Origin: Bacteroidia bacterium
GTDB taxonomy: Bacteria > Bacteroidota > Bacteroidia > JABEUT01
Reading direction: 5' to 3'
NCBI GenBank assembly: GCA_035486275.1
Contig: DATHNG010000063.1
Span: forward strand, 32,616 to 96,615
Length of the DNA stretch: 64,000 nucleotides
Shown here piece by piece: positions 46,227-55,510 of the stretch (the first letter of the stretch is position 1; every line of letters starts with the position of its first letter). Below the pieces are notes generated by a model. It did no database searches, was not told the DNA's origin, and saw only the letters and a list, made by a program, of their open reading frames with translations. The position numbers were made by a program, and so were the translations under genes.

Positions 46227-47042
46227 TTATACCGGAACATTAAATTCTCTTAATGTTTCATTCAATGAGGTTTTGGTATCTGTACTTTCCTTTCGTTTGC
46301 CAATAATTAATGCGCAGGAAACTGAATACTTGCCGGCCGGAAATTGTTTTTCATACGAACCGGGAATAACCACCGAACGTGGGGGCACGATTCCTTTGTA
46401 CTCTATAGGCTTCTCTCCACTCACATCAATTATTTTGGTTGACTGGGTAAGCACCACATTCGCACCAAGTACAGCTTCTTTCTGCACACGCACACCTTCT
46501 ACTACAATACAGCGTGAACCCACAAAACAATTATCTTCTATAATTACGGGCGCTGCCTGAGGCGGTTCTAACACACCACCAATACCAACCCCCCCACTTA
46601 GGTGTACATTTTTGCCTATTTGCGCACAAGAACCCACTGTAGCCCATGTGTCTATCATTGTTCCGCTATCTACATATGCACCAATATTTACGTACGATGG
46701 CATCATAATAACACCGGGCGCCAGGTATGAAGCATAACGGGCAAGTCCGTGCGGTACCGAGCGTACTCCAATAGCTTCAAAATTCTTTTTCAATGGAATC
46801 TTATCATAAAATTCCAGGTCGCCTGCATGTATGGTCTCCATCTTCTGCGTTTGAAAGAAAAGTAAAATAGCTTTCTTAACCCATTCGTTCACTTTCCATC
46901 CATCACCTATAGGCTCAGCAACACGCAATTTGCCCTTATCGAGCTTTTCCATAGTGCCCTGTACAGCCTTACGTACATCATCATTTTTCACCAACTCGCG
47001 GTTTGCCCAGGCGCTTTCAATTAGTTCAATTTCGTTTCCCAT
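46227..47042 (-). CDS. dapD: 2,3,4,5-tetrahydropyridine-2,6-dicarboxylate N-succinyltransferase
   Basis: Long identity run with E. coli DapD (PSYVNIGAYVD.GTM.DTWATVGSCAQIGKNVHLSGGVGIGGVLEP.QA.P.IIEDNCF.G.RS). Confidence 0.85.
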   Translation of the reverse strand: MGNEIELIESAWANRELVKNDDVRKAVQGTMEKLDKGKLRVAEPIGDGWKVNEWVKKAILLFFQTQKMETIHAGDLEFYDKIPLKKNFEAIGVRSVPHGLARYASYLAPGVIMMPSYVNIGAYVDSGTMIDTWATVGSCAQIGKNVHLSGGVGIGGVLEPPQAAPVIIEDNCFVGSRCIVVEGVRVQKEAVLGANVVLTQSTKIIDVSGEKPIEYKGIVPPRSVVIPGSYEKQFPAGKYSVSCALIIGKRKESTDTKTSLNETLREFNVPV

Positions 47043-47119
47043 AGGTTTCTTTTAATATGCCATGAACAAATATATAAAAACAGCGCCTATGGCTCTTTAA
47101 TTCTTAAATTTGTAAGCAT

Positions 47120-47560
47120 ATGAGAATACTGGCGATAGATTACGGAACCGTACGTACAGGTATAGCTGCAACCGACCCGGAGCAGATAATTGCATCGGGC
47201 CTTACCACGGTACCAACCGCAACCATATTCGATTTTTTGACAGACTACCTAAAAAAAGAGAAGGTAGAAGGCATTGTGGTAGGCGAACCCAAGCACCTTG
47301 ATAATACACCCGCCCAAAGCGCCCAGGCGGTAGATAAGTTCACGACGCAACTACAGGCAAAATTCCCCGGATTAGCTATATATATGGTAGACGAACGCTT
47401 TACCTCGCGCATGGCTTTTCAAAGCATGATAGATGGGGGGGTAAGCAAAAAAGACAGGCGGAATAAAGGAACCATTGATATGGTAAGCGCTGCCCTAATA
47501 CTGCAAACTTTCATGGAAATGAAGAAAGATGGCAGGCTACCGCCTTCAATTTCAGGCTAA
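47120..47560 (+). CDS. ruvX: Holliday-junction resolvase-like RuvX/YqgF
   Basis: MRILAIDYGTVRTGIAATD...VVGEPKHLDN; -7 box TAAATTTG at 47105-47112. Confidence 0.8.
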   Translation: MRILAIDYGTVRTGIAATDPEQIIASGLTTVPTATIFDFLTDYLKKEKVEGIVVGEPKHLDNTPAQSAQAVDKFTTQLQAKFPGLAIYMVDERFTSRMAFQSMIDGGVSKKDRRNKGTIDMVSAALILQTFMEMKKDGRLPPSISG

Positions 47561-47592
47561 ATAGTAATTTTGCACCTCATTGAAATTACTTT

Positions 47593-48171
47593 ATGATTTT
47601 ACCTATAGTAGCATACGGAGATGCAGTGCTGAAAAAGAAAGCACAGGATATTACAAAAGACTATCCTAACCTTGACAAGGTAATTGAAAACATGTTCGAA
47701 ACCATGCACAATGCCAAGGGTGTTGGGCTAGCTGCACCACAGGTTGGTTTATCTATCCGTTTATTTATAATTGATGCTTCACCATTTGCTGAAGATCAGG
47801 AAGATGATGAAGAGAAAAAAAACCTAGATGGTTTTCGTAAAATATTTATTAATGCACAAATAGTAAAAGAAGATGGTACCCCCTGGAAATTTAATGAGGG
47901 CTGCCTTAGTATACCTACCATACGTGAAGATGTGGAAAGAAAATCGAATTTACGTATTAAATACCTTGACGAAAATTTTAAGCCACATGATGAAGAGTAT
48001 GATGGTATTAAGGCAAGGATAATACAGCATGAATATGACCACATTGAAGGAGTATTATTCATTGACAAAATAAATCCGCTACGTAAACGCTTATTAAAAA
48101 GAAAACTTACTGACCTTTCAAAAGGAATTGTAGAGGTTTCGTACAGAATGAAATTTCCATTAAAAAAATAG
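47593..48171 (+). CDS. def: Peptide deformylase
   Basis: GVGLAAPQVG, EGCLSIP, QHEYDHIEG motifs. Confidence 0.85.
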   Translation: MILPIVAYGDAVLKKKAQDITKDYPNLDKVIENMFETMHNAKGVGLAAPQVGLSIRLFIIDASPFAEDQEDDEEKKNLDGFRKIFINAQIVKEDGTPWKFNEGCLSIPTIREDVERKSNLRIKYLDENFKPHDEEYDGIKARIIQHEYDHIEGVLFIDKINPLRKRLLKRKLTDLSKGIVEVSYRMKFPLKK

Positions 48172-48175
48172 CATT

Positions 48176-48778
48176 ATGAGAAAACTAACATTATCAATTG
48201 CGGCATATTGCATTTTTCTTTCTTTAGCAGGCTGTGGCAACAAAACCAAAGATCAGGGCCAGGGCAATAACTCAACCGCTGTTACTAAAGATACCAGCAG
48301 GCAGGCACTGATACAAACTATTAAGGCAGTTGAAACCAGGCTGAAAGCTTCGTCTACTATTGAAACCTATACAGGTAACCTGGCCATTGCAGCGTATTTA
48401 GATTATGCAAAATACTATCCTGCAGATACACTTTCAACTGCGTTTTTATTTAATGCAGGCGGCTTAGCTTCAAGCACCGGGCAATATGCAAAAGCAATAG
48501 ATATATACAACAATGTGGTTACTAAATACCCGCAAAGCAGGCTTGTACCTGAATGTTTACTGGTAGAAGGCTTTATATACGATAACAATTTACAGGACAC
48601 AGCTAAATCACGCCAGAAATATATGGAGCTTGTAACACGCTTCCCTAAAGATAGCCTGGCCACCCAAGCAAGACAAGCCATGAAATTCCTTGGAAAATCG
48701 GCCGATGAAATTGGCAAGGAGTTTGAAGAACAGAACAAGGCTAAGGAAAAGAAAGAGCATAAAAAAACCCAGGCTTAA
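48176..48778 (+). CDS. TPR-like lipoprotein (YbgF-like fold), function unknown
   Basis: Lipobox LSLAGC; TPR-like helices; stop codon lies in the loop of the downstream terminator. Confidence 0.4.
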   Translation: MRKLTLSIAAYCIFLSLAGCGNKTKDQGQGNNSTAVTKDTSRQALIQTIKAVETRLKASSTIETYTGNLAIAAYLDYAKYYPADTLSTAFLFNAGGLASSTGQYAKAIDIYNNVVTKYPQSRLVPECLLVEGFIYDNNLQDTAKSRQKYMELVTRFPKDSLATQARQAMKFLGKSADEIGKEFEEQNKAKEKKEHKKTQA

Positions 48779-48790
48779 GCCTGGGTTTTT
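48767..48790 (+). terminator. Rho-independent terminator ACCCAGGC-TTAA-GCCTGGGT + TTTT
   Basis: 8-bp GC stem followed by a T-run; the stop codon TAA of the upstream gene forms the loop. Confidence 0.6.
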
Positions 48791-48810
48791 CCTTATCTAT
48801 CTATTACAAG

Positions 48811-50625
48811 TTATTTTATTTCTTTCTTTCTGCCTATAATAGCTGAACTATGCGGAGCTGAGCGCTTCATTGCTAATGTACCACCAGCATATTGGAATAG
48901 TGGAAATCTTAAGTCTTCATTCTTTGATACCACTTCGCCTTCATACACTTTATCTTTAACATTAGCAATAACATGGTAAGAGAATTTCACATTAGATGTA
49001 CCACTATGTAATTCTTTTACAGTAAAGCCATCACCTGTTTTATCGGTAACAAATACTCCATTACAGTCACCTTCCAATTGAATATACACACGAAGCGGAT
49101 GCTTTTCATTAACTGCTACATTCTTGGCATAAATAGGGTCTAATTTAATTTGCGCCTCACCATTAACTAATTCACCCTCACCATAGTCTTCAAATAACAT
49201 TTCAGGCGCTTCCGGTGCAAACATAATTACACTCTGGCCATCAAGGTTTGGTACAGAAGTTGAAACTGCACCTCCTGAAGGGCTAAGGATCTTATATGCG
49301 GTACCTCCATTATATGCAGCCACCATACATTGAATTATAGTTCCCGTTTTTACACTATCCTCAAAAAAACCACCCTCTGCATTAATATTCTTTGATGTTG
49401 GAGCGCAATAACCTACAACACCGGCATTTCTACCTGTAAATGAACCACCTGCATAAGAGCCGGCCAAAGTAAGAGCATATCCGCCCGCACCGTGTAGGTC
49501 ATTACCTATAACACCTGAGAAACCTCCTGAGTCAATACCCCAAACACCTGTTGTAAAATTACCTGCCTGTGCATCGTAACCAAAAACACCGGTTCCGCTT
49601 GCAACATCGTTTTGACCTGTAACACCGTTAATATTTGCACTACCCACTTCACCAACTACACCTCCACCGCCTGTAGCAGCTGCATTATTATTATATCCGT
49701 AAACACCAACACCATTACCCACATCTTCACCAAATACACCCACGCCACTATTACTATAACCATTCACAGCACTAGCACCTAATGCAGTTGTAGCACCGGT
49801 AACACCCGTACCATATACCGAAAACACATCACCAGCCAAAGGCGTTGGGTTATTAAATACTCCCTGCCCACCCGCAACTATACGCATACGTTCCACATTG
49901 GTGGTTTTTGTTATAAAATCCGCTCCATTTATAGACCCGATAAAGTTAGTACCTGCAACCGGGTTATTACCCGTAGTTAACCATGCAGCACTTGCTGTGG
50001 TAACAGGCCCACCTGAACCGGCAGTACCGTTAACTGTAACTGTTCCATTTGCATTGAAAGTAGGTGTTGTAAGTGTCCAGCTTGGGCCCGCTGCACCTGT
50101 TGGGCCTGTTGGGCCTGCCACAGAACTTGCTGCACCTGTAGGGCCTGTAGGACCTGTAGGGCCTGGGGTTCCGGAACCGGCACCTGTAGGCCCTGTTGGG
50201 CCTGGAACTGTACTAGCTGCTCCTGTAGGGCCTGTTGCACCTGCTGGCCCGGGAGGGCCAGCCACTGTATCTGCTGGGCCTGTTGCACCAGTTGCACCCG
50301 CAGCACCTGTTGGGCCTGCAGGGCCAGCTGTAAGCGAATGACAAAGCGACTGCCATGCTGCAGTAGAACCATTAAAAAAGCAATAGCAGTTTGAGTCAGT
50401 ATTGTAAATTATTAAACTTGGTGCAGGAGCTGTAATTGAATTCATGCCCGCGGTATTCATTCTTGGAATCAATACACCTTGCGTTGCAGATTGCACTTCA
50501 AGCGCTGAAGAAGGGTCCGGAGTATTTGTCCCGATACCTACGTTGTTCTGTGCAGTTGCGCTAATAGACAACACTGCCAGAAAGGCACCGCCTATTAATT
50601 TTTTTAGTCCGGTAAAATTTGTCAT
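48811..50625 (-). CDS. Secreted collagen-like (G-X-Y triple-helix repeat) protein with N-terminal globular domain and large Gly/Thr/Asn-rich C-terminal domain
   Basis: Signal peptide; about 80 aa of near-continuous G-P/A/T triplets (GPAGPTGAAGATGATGP...GPTGPTGPTGAAGPS); the underlying DNA carries 9-bp tandem repeats (GGGCCTGTT-like). Confidence 0.55.
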   Translation of the reverse strand: MTNFTGLKKLIGGAFLAVLSISATAQNNVGIGTNTPDPSSALEVQSATQGVLIPRMNTAGMNSITAPAPSLIIYNTDSNCYCFFNGSTAAWQSLCHSLTAGPAGPTGAAGATGATGPADTVAGPPGPAGATGPTGAASTVPGPTGPTGAGSGTPGPTGPTGPTGAASSVAGPTGPTGAAGPSWTLTTPTFNANGTVTVNGTAGSGGPVTTASAAWLTTGNNPVAGTNFIGSINGADFITKTTNVERMRIVAGGQGVFNNPTPLAGDVFSVYGTGVTGATTALGASAVNGYSNSGVGVFGEDVGNGVGVYGYNNNAAATGGGGVVGEVGSANINGVTGQNDVASGTGVFGYDAQAGNFTTGVWGIDSGGFSGVIGNDLHGAGGYALTLAGSYAGGSFTGRNAGVVGYCAPTSKNINAEGGFFEDSVKTGTIIQCMVAAYNGGTAYKILSPSGGAVSTSVPNLDGQSVIMFAPEAPEMLFEDYGEGELVNGEAQIKLDPIYAKNVAVNEKHPLRVYIQLEGDCNGVFVTDKTGDGFTVKELHSGTSNVKFSYHVIANVKDKVYEGEVVSKNEDLRFPLFQYAGGTLAMKRSAPHSSAIIGRKKEIK

Positions 50626-50792
50626 AACGTGTTAATTTAGGGGGTAAATTAAGCTGATTACTTAGGTTGATCTATTGAATTATAAAAAAGTTTTCTTACT
50701 TACAATAATTTTAATCTTTATTACTTTATTAAGTTTCTTCTAACCACATACAAATGTAGGAAATAAAATACAAAAATCCAAATAAAAACAAT

Positions 50793-50818
50793 AAAAGCGG
50801 GAAAATCCCGCTTTTATT
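50793..50818 (-). terminator. Rho-independent terminator (AAGCGGGA-AAA-TCCCGCTT with T-rich tail on both strands) downstream of the gene at 50839-51516
   Basis: Perfect stem read from the sequence. Confidence 0.5.
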
Positions 50819-50838
50819 ACAAAACTAACAAAACCGGC

Positions 50839-51516
50839 TTAGTACCCGCCGCTGCTTTGCTTTTGCATATCTTTCATCATTTCCTCGCGTGAGGTATATA
50901 TTTTATATCCTTTGGTAGGAATATTAAACAATGTATCAGAAAGTGGCTTCTTCTCAACTGATTGAGCCGTAATACTAATGTTAGCCTGCCCGAACTTAAC
51001 TCCAAACTGCATTAAGCATCCTTTCAAACCTTTATACTGGCCCATATCTTCACTGTAAGGTAACTGGTCTGTATAGAAAACAGTCACTGAACTCTTTTCT
51101 CCCGTCTTTCCTGTAACGGTAATATTTGCTGCTTTACATGTGTACCCGGCAATAACTTTAGTGCTGTCAAGGTATTTTATTTCAGGCTTATCTTCTGTAC
51201 CTGGCTTCACTTTAGTAGGATCAGGTTTAATTTCATATTTATCGCCGCCAGCAGTAGTTATTAAAGTAATCTCTTCTTTGGTTTTTCTGTCGCCTATTAT
51301 TATTTGTTTAAACATTGAATTATTTACCTCTGTTCTTACCTTATCGCCCTTAACATAAACCAGTCTGCTATTACCTTGTTGCATTGACCCTGCTTGTCCC
51401 GAGGCAAATGACATACTATAGGTTATAACGCCTTCAAAAGCGCCGTCAGGTAAAGTAAATGCAAATAATGCAAGGCCTGTTATTCCGGCTAATGTTACTA
51501 GTGCTAATTTTTTCAT
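50839..51516 (-). CDS. Secreted protein, paralogue A (possibly DUF4412-like)
   Basis: Signal peptide; shares the ...KVIAGY.CK.A... core and overall length with the adjacent gene. Confidence 0.35.
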   Translation of the reverse strand: MKKLALVTLAGITGLALFAFTLPDGAFEGVITYSMSFASGQAGSMQQGNSRLVYVKGDKVRTEVNNSMFKQIIIGDRKTKEEITLITTAGGDKYEIKPDPTKVKPGTEDKPEIKYLDSTKVIAGYTCKAANITVTGKTGEKSSVTVFYTDQLPYSEDMGQYKGLKGCLMQFGVKFGQANISITAQSVEKKPLSDTLFNIPTKGYKIYTSREEMMKDMQKQSSGGY

Positions 51517-51557
51517 AAACTTGGTTTTTGGTTGTTTAATTAAAAAGGGGTATTTAA

Positions 51558-52241
51558 TTATTGAAATCCTTTATAGAGATCATCTATTTGCTGCTTTGAG
51601 ATCATCTTATAATCCGCCGGGAGTTTAAATGTAGAATCATCTATCTTATCCGGTTCTACCTTATCCGCAGTAAATTCCATATAAAAACCGTATTTCGCCA
51701 GGCGATACTGCATTAGCACTCCTTCAATATCTTTAAATGGGGTTGCCCAGTTAGGTTGGTCTAACTTAATATCATTGGTGTAATATAATTCAATATCCGG
51801 GCTCTTGCCATCCTTCGATTTTGCTATAGCTTTTTTGCATTTATAGCCGGCAATAACTTTTGTCTGATCGGTTTCTGTTATGGTAAACTGTACATCGTGA
51901 TCAAGTTCCTTTGTAATAGCCGCAGTATCGGCAATATATGCCCATTTCTTATTCAGCATACGAACCATCTGTGTTATCTTCTTTCCGGGTTCATCATTAA
52001 TGAAAGAGGTTTCAAACAGACCCATTCCGGCAATCAGCTCAGCATATTCCTGGTTGTTCTTAAACTTCATGGTCATTTTATCAGGAGCCATTTTAGCCAT
52101 TGGGTTAGCCGAATCGAGCACAATTATTTTATATTCAATAGTTCCTTCAGAAATACGGCTGTGAAACAAATCGTGATTGCAACCTGTCAGCACATATAAC
52201 AAACAGCAAAAAATAAGGCCTGTAGAGATTATTTTTTTCAA
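51558..52241 (-). CDS. Lipoprotein, paralogue B (possibly DUF4412-like)
   Basis: Lipobox LTGC; ~227 aa; related to paralogue A; minus-strand -7 box TACTTTTG at 52262-52269. Confidence 0.35.
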   Translation of the reverse strand: MKKIISTGLIFCCLLYVLTGCNHDLFHSRISEGTIEYKIIVLDSANPMAKMAPDKMTMKFKNNQEYAELIAGMGLFETSFINDEPGKKITQMVRMLNKKWAYIADTAAITKELDHDVQFTITETDQTKVIAGYKCKKAIAKSKDGKSPDIELYYTNDIKLDQPNWATPFKDIEGVLMQYRLAKYGFYMEFTADKVEPDKIDDSTFKLPADYKMISKQQIDDLYKGFQ

Positions 52242-52329
52242 AAGTTCCGATTTAAGCGGTACAAAAGTAGATTTATATGTGAATTAACCAAATATTTACC
52301 ATTATTTGATTTAACACTTTCAAAGATTC

Positions 52330-53601
52330 CTAATTAATGTATTCGAACCCCGTGTAAGGAACTATTGCCTTGGGCATTCGAATGCCTTTATCGCTTTGGT
52401 TGTTCTCTAAAAGTGCTGCCACTATCCTGGGTAAAGCCAGTGCACTACCATTCAAGGTATGTGCCAGCCTTGGTTTATCCTTGCCTTTTTTAATACGCAG
52501 CTTCATTCTGTTACTCTGGAACGATTCAAAATTCGATACAGAACTGACTTCAAGCCAGCGCTTTTGGGCTGCCGAAAAAACCTCCATATCGTATGTTAGG
52601 GCCGATGCAAAACTCATATCGCCGCCACATAACTTAAGGGTGCGGAATGGTAATTCAAGTGTTTTTAATAAACCTGCCACATGTTCACGCATTTCTTCAA
52701 GTGCCTGGTACGATTTGTCCGGGTGCTGTATCTGCACTATCTCTACTTTATCAAACTGGTGCAACCTGTTCAGCCCCCTTACATCTTTACCGTACGAACC
52801 GGCTTCGCGCCTGAAACATGGAGTATATCCACAGTTTTTAATCGGTAATGAATCTTCCTCTACAATACTGTCTCTGTATATATTGGTAATAGGAACCTCG
52901 GCTGTTGGAATTAAATAAAGATCATCAAGTGTTACATGATACATTTGTCCTTCCTTGTCAGGCAATTGCCCCGTACCGAAACCGCTATCCTTATTAATTA
53001 AAATAGGTGGCTCAATTTCAATATAACCTGCTTCAGCGGCCTTATCTAAAAAGAAGTTAATGAGTGCGCGTTGCAATTTAGCCCCCTTACCTTTATAAAC
53101 AGGAAAACCAGCACCGCTTATTTTAACACCTAATTCAAAATCAATAAGGTCGTATTTTTTTGCAAGCTCCCAATGAGGCAGTGCACTTTCAGGTAATTGC
53201 GGAATATCACCATGGGTAAAAACCACTGCATTGTCTTCAGGTGTTTTACCTTTTGGCACAGTGCTGTTAGGCAGGTTAGGCAATGTAACCAGTTTGTCCT
53301 GCACGGCTTGTTCTGTATTTTTAAGTTCAGCTTCAAGTTCTGTAATTTCTTCTTTCCAGGCTGTTGTTTTACCTTTAAGGTCATCAGCTTCCTGCTTTTT
53401 ACCTGCTTTATAAAGGTCACCTATTTCCTTCGAGGCTTTATTGAGCTGCGCTAATACATCATCAAGCTTAGTCTGTACTGAACGCTTCTTTTCGTCAAGC
53501 GTAAGTATTTCCTTTACGACTGTGCCAGCATCAAAATTCTTTACTGCAAGACGCATAATTACATCTTCTGAATTTTGGCGTATGTAAGCTATTTCGAGCA
53601 T
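52330..53601 (-). CDS. serS: Seryl-tRNA synthetase
   Basis: Coiled-coil N-term; class II motifs (TPCFRREAGSYGKDVRGLNRLHQFDKVEIV; HTLNGSALA.PR). Confidence 0.9.
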   Translation of the reverse strand: MLEIAYIRQNSEDVIMRLAVKNFDAGTVVKEILTLDEKKRSVQTKLDDVLAQLNKASKEIGDLYKAGKKQEADDLKGKTTAWKEEITELEAELKNTEQAVQDKLVTLPNLPNSTVPKGKTPEDNAVVFTHGDIPQLPESALPHWELAKKYDLIDFELGVKISGAGFPVYKGKGAKLQRALINFFLDKAAEAGYIEIEPPILINKDSGFGTGQLPDKEGQMYHVTLDDLYLIPTAEVPITNIYRDSIVEEDSLPIKNCGYTPCFRREAGSYGKDVRGLNRLHQFDKVEIVQIQHPDKSYQALEEMREHVAGLLKTLELPFRTLKLCGGDMSFASALTYDMEVFSAAQKRWLEVSSVSNFESFQSNRMKLRIKKGKDKPRLAHTLNGSALALPRIVAALLENNQSDKGIRMPKAIVPYTGFEYIN

Positions 53602-53641
53602 AGGTTAAATTTTAAACAAATATAAGATCCTGATATTAACT

Positions 53642-53683
53642 GAAAATGAAAAATCCTGCCTATGAGCAAAAGCCACAGGCAGG
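53642..53683 (-). terminator. Putative terminator downstream of rpmA (stem CCTGCCT...AGGCAGG with T-rich tail on the minus strand)
   Basis: 7-bp stem with a 15-nt loop; tail ATTTTTCATTTTC. Confidence 0.4.
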
Positions 53684-53706
53684 ATAATATTGTTTTCCTG
53701 CAGTAA

Positions 53707-53979
53707 TTAAGCGGAAGCCTGAACTTCAGCAGGTATTACAGCAACGTAACGTCTGTCTTGTCTTTTGGTAGTAAATATTACCTCACCATCAACAAGTGCA
53801 AAAATGGTATGGTCTTTACCCATGCCAACACCTTTACCAGGGTGGTATGAAGTACCCCTCTGACGAAGGATAACATTACCTGCTTTTGCAGTTTGACCGC
53901 CAAATATTTTCACACCAAGTCGTTGACCGTGTGATTCTCTACCGTTTCTTGAACTACCAACACCTTTTTTGTGTGCCAT
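53707..53979 (-). CDS. rpmA: 50S ribosomal protein L27
   Basis: [29 protein letters not shown]. Confidence 0.9.
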   Translation of the reverse strand: MAHKKGVGSSRNGRESHGQRLGVKIFGGQTAKAGNVILRQRGTSYHPGKGVGMGKDHTIFALVDGEVIFTTKRQDRRYVAVIPAEVQASA

Positions 53980-54006
53980 GACTTTATAGCTTTATTGGTT
54001 TGTAAA

Positions 54007-54540
54007 TTATTCTTTAGATTTTTTAGGGCTAGCTTTCTTAGCAGCCGGCTTCTTTTCTTTTGCTTCTGCCTTAGGAGCCACTGCCTTCTTTTTAGGAGCT
54101 GCTTTCTTCTTAGGAGCTGATTCACCTACTTCATCGTTCTCATTTTCCAATACAGGAGCCTGAGCTTTGGTAGGATAGTTCTTAGGAGCTCTTTTAGGAA
54201 CTTCCATATTCTCCTTTAATTTTTCGCCTTTACCAAGTATGCCCTGTATAAAGATCTCGGTAAGAGGTTGCCTGTGACCGTTGAAACGGCGGTATCCTTT
54301 ACGTCTTTTATGTTTAAAGATATGAACCTTATCGTCCTTTACATGCGCTACTACTGTTGCAGCAACGCGTGTGCCTTCAACAAATGGTAAGCCAATGCTT
54401 ACTTCACCTTCGTTATCAACTAACAAAACCTTATCAAATTCAAGGTGTGAACCTTCTTTTGATTCGAGGAGGTTTACATACAGCTTTTGAGCTTTTGTAA
54501 CCTTGTGCTGCTGGCCTCCTATTTCAACAATTGCGTACAT
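54007..54540 (-). CDS. rplU: 50S ribosomal protein L21 with ~75-aa Lys/Ala/Pro-rich C-terminal extension
   Basis: MYAIVEIGGQQHKVTKAQKLYV...GHRQPLTEI core, then KKAAPKKKAVAPKAEAKEKKPAAKK tail. Confidence 0.85.
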   Translation of the reverse strand: MYAIVEIGGQQHKVTKAQKLYVNLLESKEGSHLEFDKVLLVDNEGEVSIGLPFVEGTRVAATVVAHVKDDKVHIFKHKRRKGYRRFNGHRQPLTEIFIQGILGKGEKLKENMEVPKRAPKNYPTKAQAPVLENENDEVGESAPKKKAAPKKKAVAPKAEAKEKKPAAKKASPKKSKE

Positions 54541-54646
54541 GACTATCGATTTATGTATTAAGCTTTTTCTTTAAGGGGTGCAAAGGTAATATATTTTTCA
54601 TATCATAATAGTTCCAATATCGTATTTTTACAAAAAAATATGACCT

Positions 54647-55168
54647 ATGGCTTTAATAAAGGGTGTTAAGGGTATTTACCCTACTGTTGGAAATAACTGC
54701 TACCTGGCTGAAAACGCCACAATAGTGGGTGATGTGAGAATGGGCGACGACTGCAGTATATGGTTCAATGCTGTGGTAAGGGGGGATGTTAATTCTATAC
54801 GAATTGGCAATAAAGTAAATATACAGGACGGGGCCGTTATACATTGTACCTACCAGAAAACCAAGGCGGTAATTGGTAATAATGTGTCAATTGGTCACAA
54901 TGCCATAGTACACGGCTGCACCCTGCACGATAATGTGCTTATCGGAATGGGCGCTATAGTAATGGATAATGCTGTAATTCACAGTAATTGCCTTATAGCG
55001 GCAGGGGCCGTTATTTTGGAGGGTACTGTTGTAGAAGAAGGTACCGTTTGGGCAGGGGTACCAGCTAAAAAAGTAAAAGACATAAACCCTGAACTGCTTA
55101 AGGGTGAAGTACATAGAATAGCTGAAAACTATCTGATGTATTCGGGCTGGTTTAAAGAAGAGGCATAA
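54647..55168 (+). CDS. Gamma-carbonic-anhydrase-like hexapeptide-repeat protein (YrdA/PaaY-like)
   Basis: Left-handed beta-helix hexapeptide repeats with a His-containing metal site (IGHNAIVHGCTLHD). Confidence 0.6.
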   Translation: MALIKGVKGIYPTVGNNCYLAENATIVGDVRMGDDCSIWFNAVVRGDVNSIRIGNKVNIQDGAVIHCTYQKTKAVIGNNVSIGHNAIVHGCTLHDNVLIGMGAIVMDNAVIHSNCLIAAGAVILEGTVVEEGTVWAGVPAKKVKDINPELLKGEVHRIAENYLMYSGWFKEEA

Positions 55169-55174
55169 AAAAAA

Positions 55175-55205
55175 CCCTCCCGAATCCTCGGGAGAGCTTT
55201 TTTAT
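55175..55205. terminator. Bidirectional rho-independent terminator CTCCCGA-ATCC-TCGGGAG with A8 upstream and T6 downstream
   Basis: Perfect 7-bp stem; serves the convergent genes ending at 55168 (+) and 55219 (-). Confidence 0.6.
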
Positions 55206-55218
55206 GATTGAAGCAAAA

Positions 55219-55410
55219 TTACTTAGCTGCCTTATCAGTAGCTGCTTTCTTGCTACCTTTCTTTCCACCTTTCTTTTCGGTCTTGGTAGTCTTTTCGGTC
55301 TTGCTGCTTGAACTCTTTTCGGTCTTGGTTGTTGTTGTTGCTTTGTCTTGTGCGAAAGAAACACCAGCAAAAAGAACCATTGCTGCTAGGATTAAACTGA
55401 TCTTTTTCAT
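55219..55410 (-). CDS. Small secreted Lys/Thr-rich low-complexity peptide (63 aa precursor)
   Basis: Signal peptide MKKISLILAAMVLFAGVSFA; then KT/KS-rich disordered sequence. Confidence 0.4.
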   Translation of the reverse strand: MKKISLILAAMVLFAGVSFAQDKATTTTKTEKSSSSKTEKTTKTEKKGGKKGSKKAATDKAAK

Positions 55411-55510
55411 GACTTGGGTTTATTTAGTTTGTTGTTTGATAATGTAAAAGTATTCCGCCATTATGAAGATAACATGAAGGAATAATCACAATATCAAATG
55501 TTAGTCATTA

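Noticed and set aside
50090-50340. Short tandem DNA repeats, considered as a possible CRISPR array or VNTR
   Set aside because: The 9-bp units are codon triplet repeats of a collagen-like coding region. There are no spacers and no cas genes, so this is not CRISPR.
49898-50372. Two long ORFs (147 aa on the plus strand, 131 aa on the minus strand) inside the collagen-like gene
   Set aside because: They are artefacts of the G-X-Y codon periodicity, which makes GC-rich repeat DNA open in several frames. The 604-aa minus-strand frame has a signal peptide and is the real gene.
53602-53706. Possible ribosomal-protein leader or ncRNA between serS and rpmA
   Set aside because: The only structure is a single hairpin with a T-rich tail on the minus strand, which fits a terminator after rpmA.
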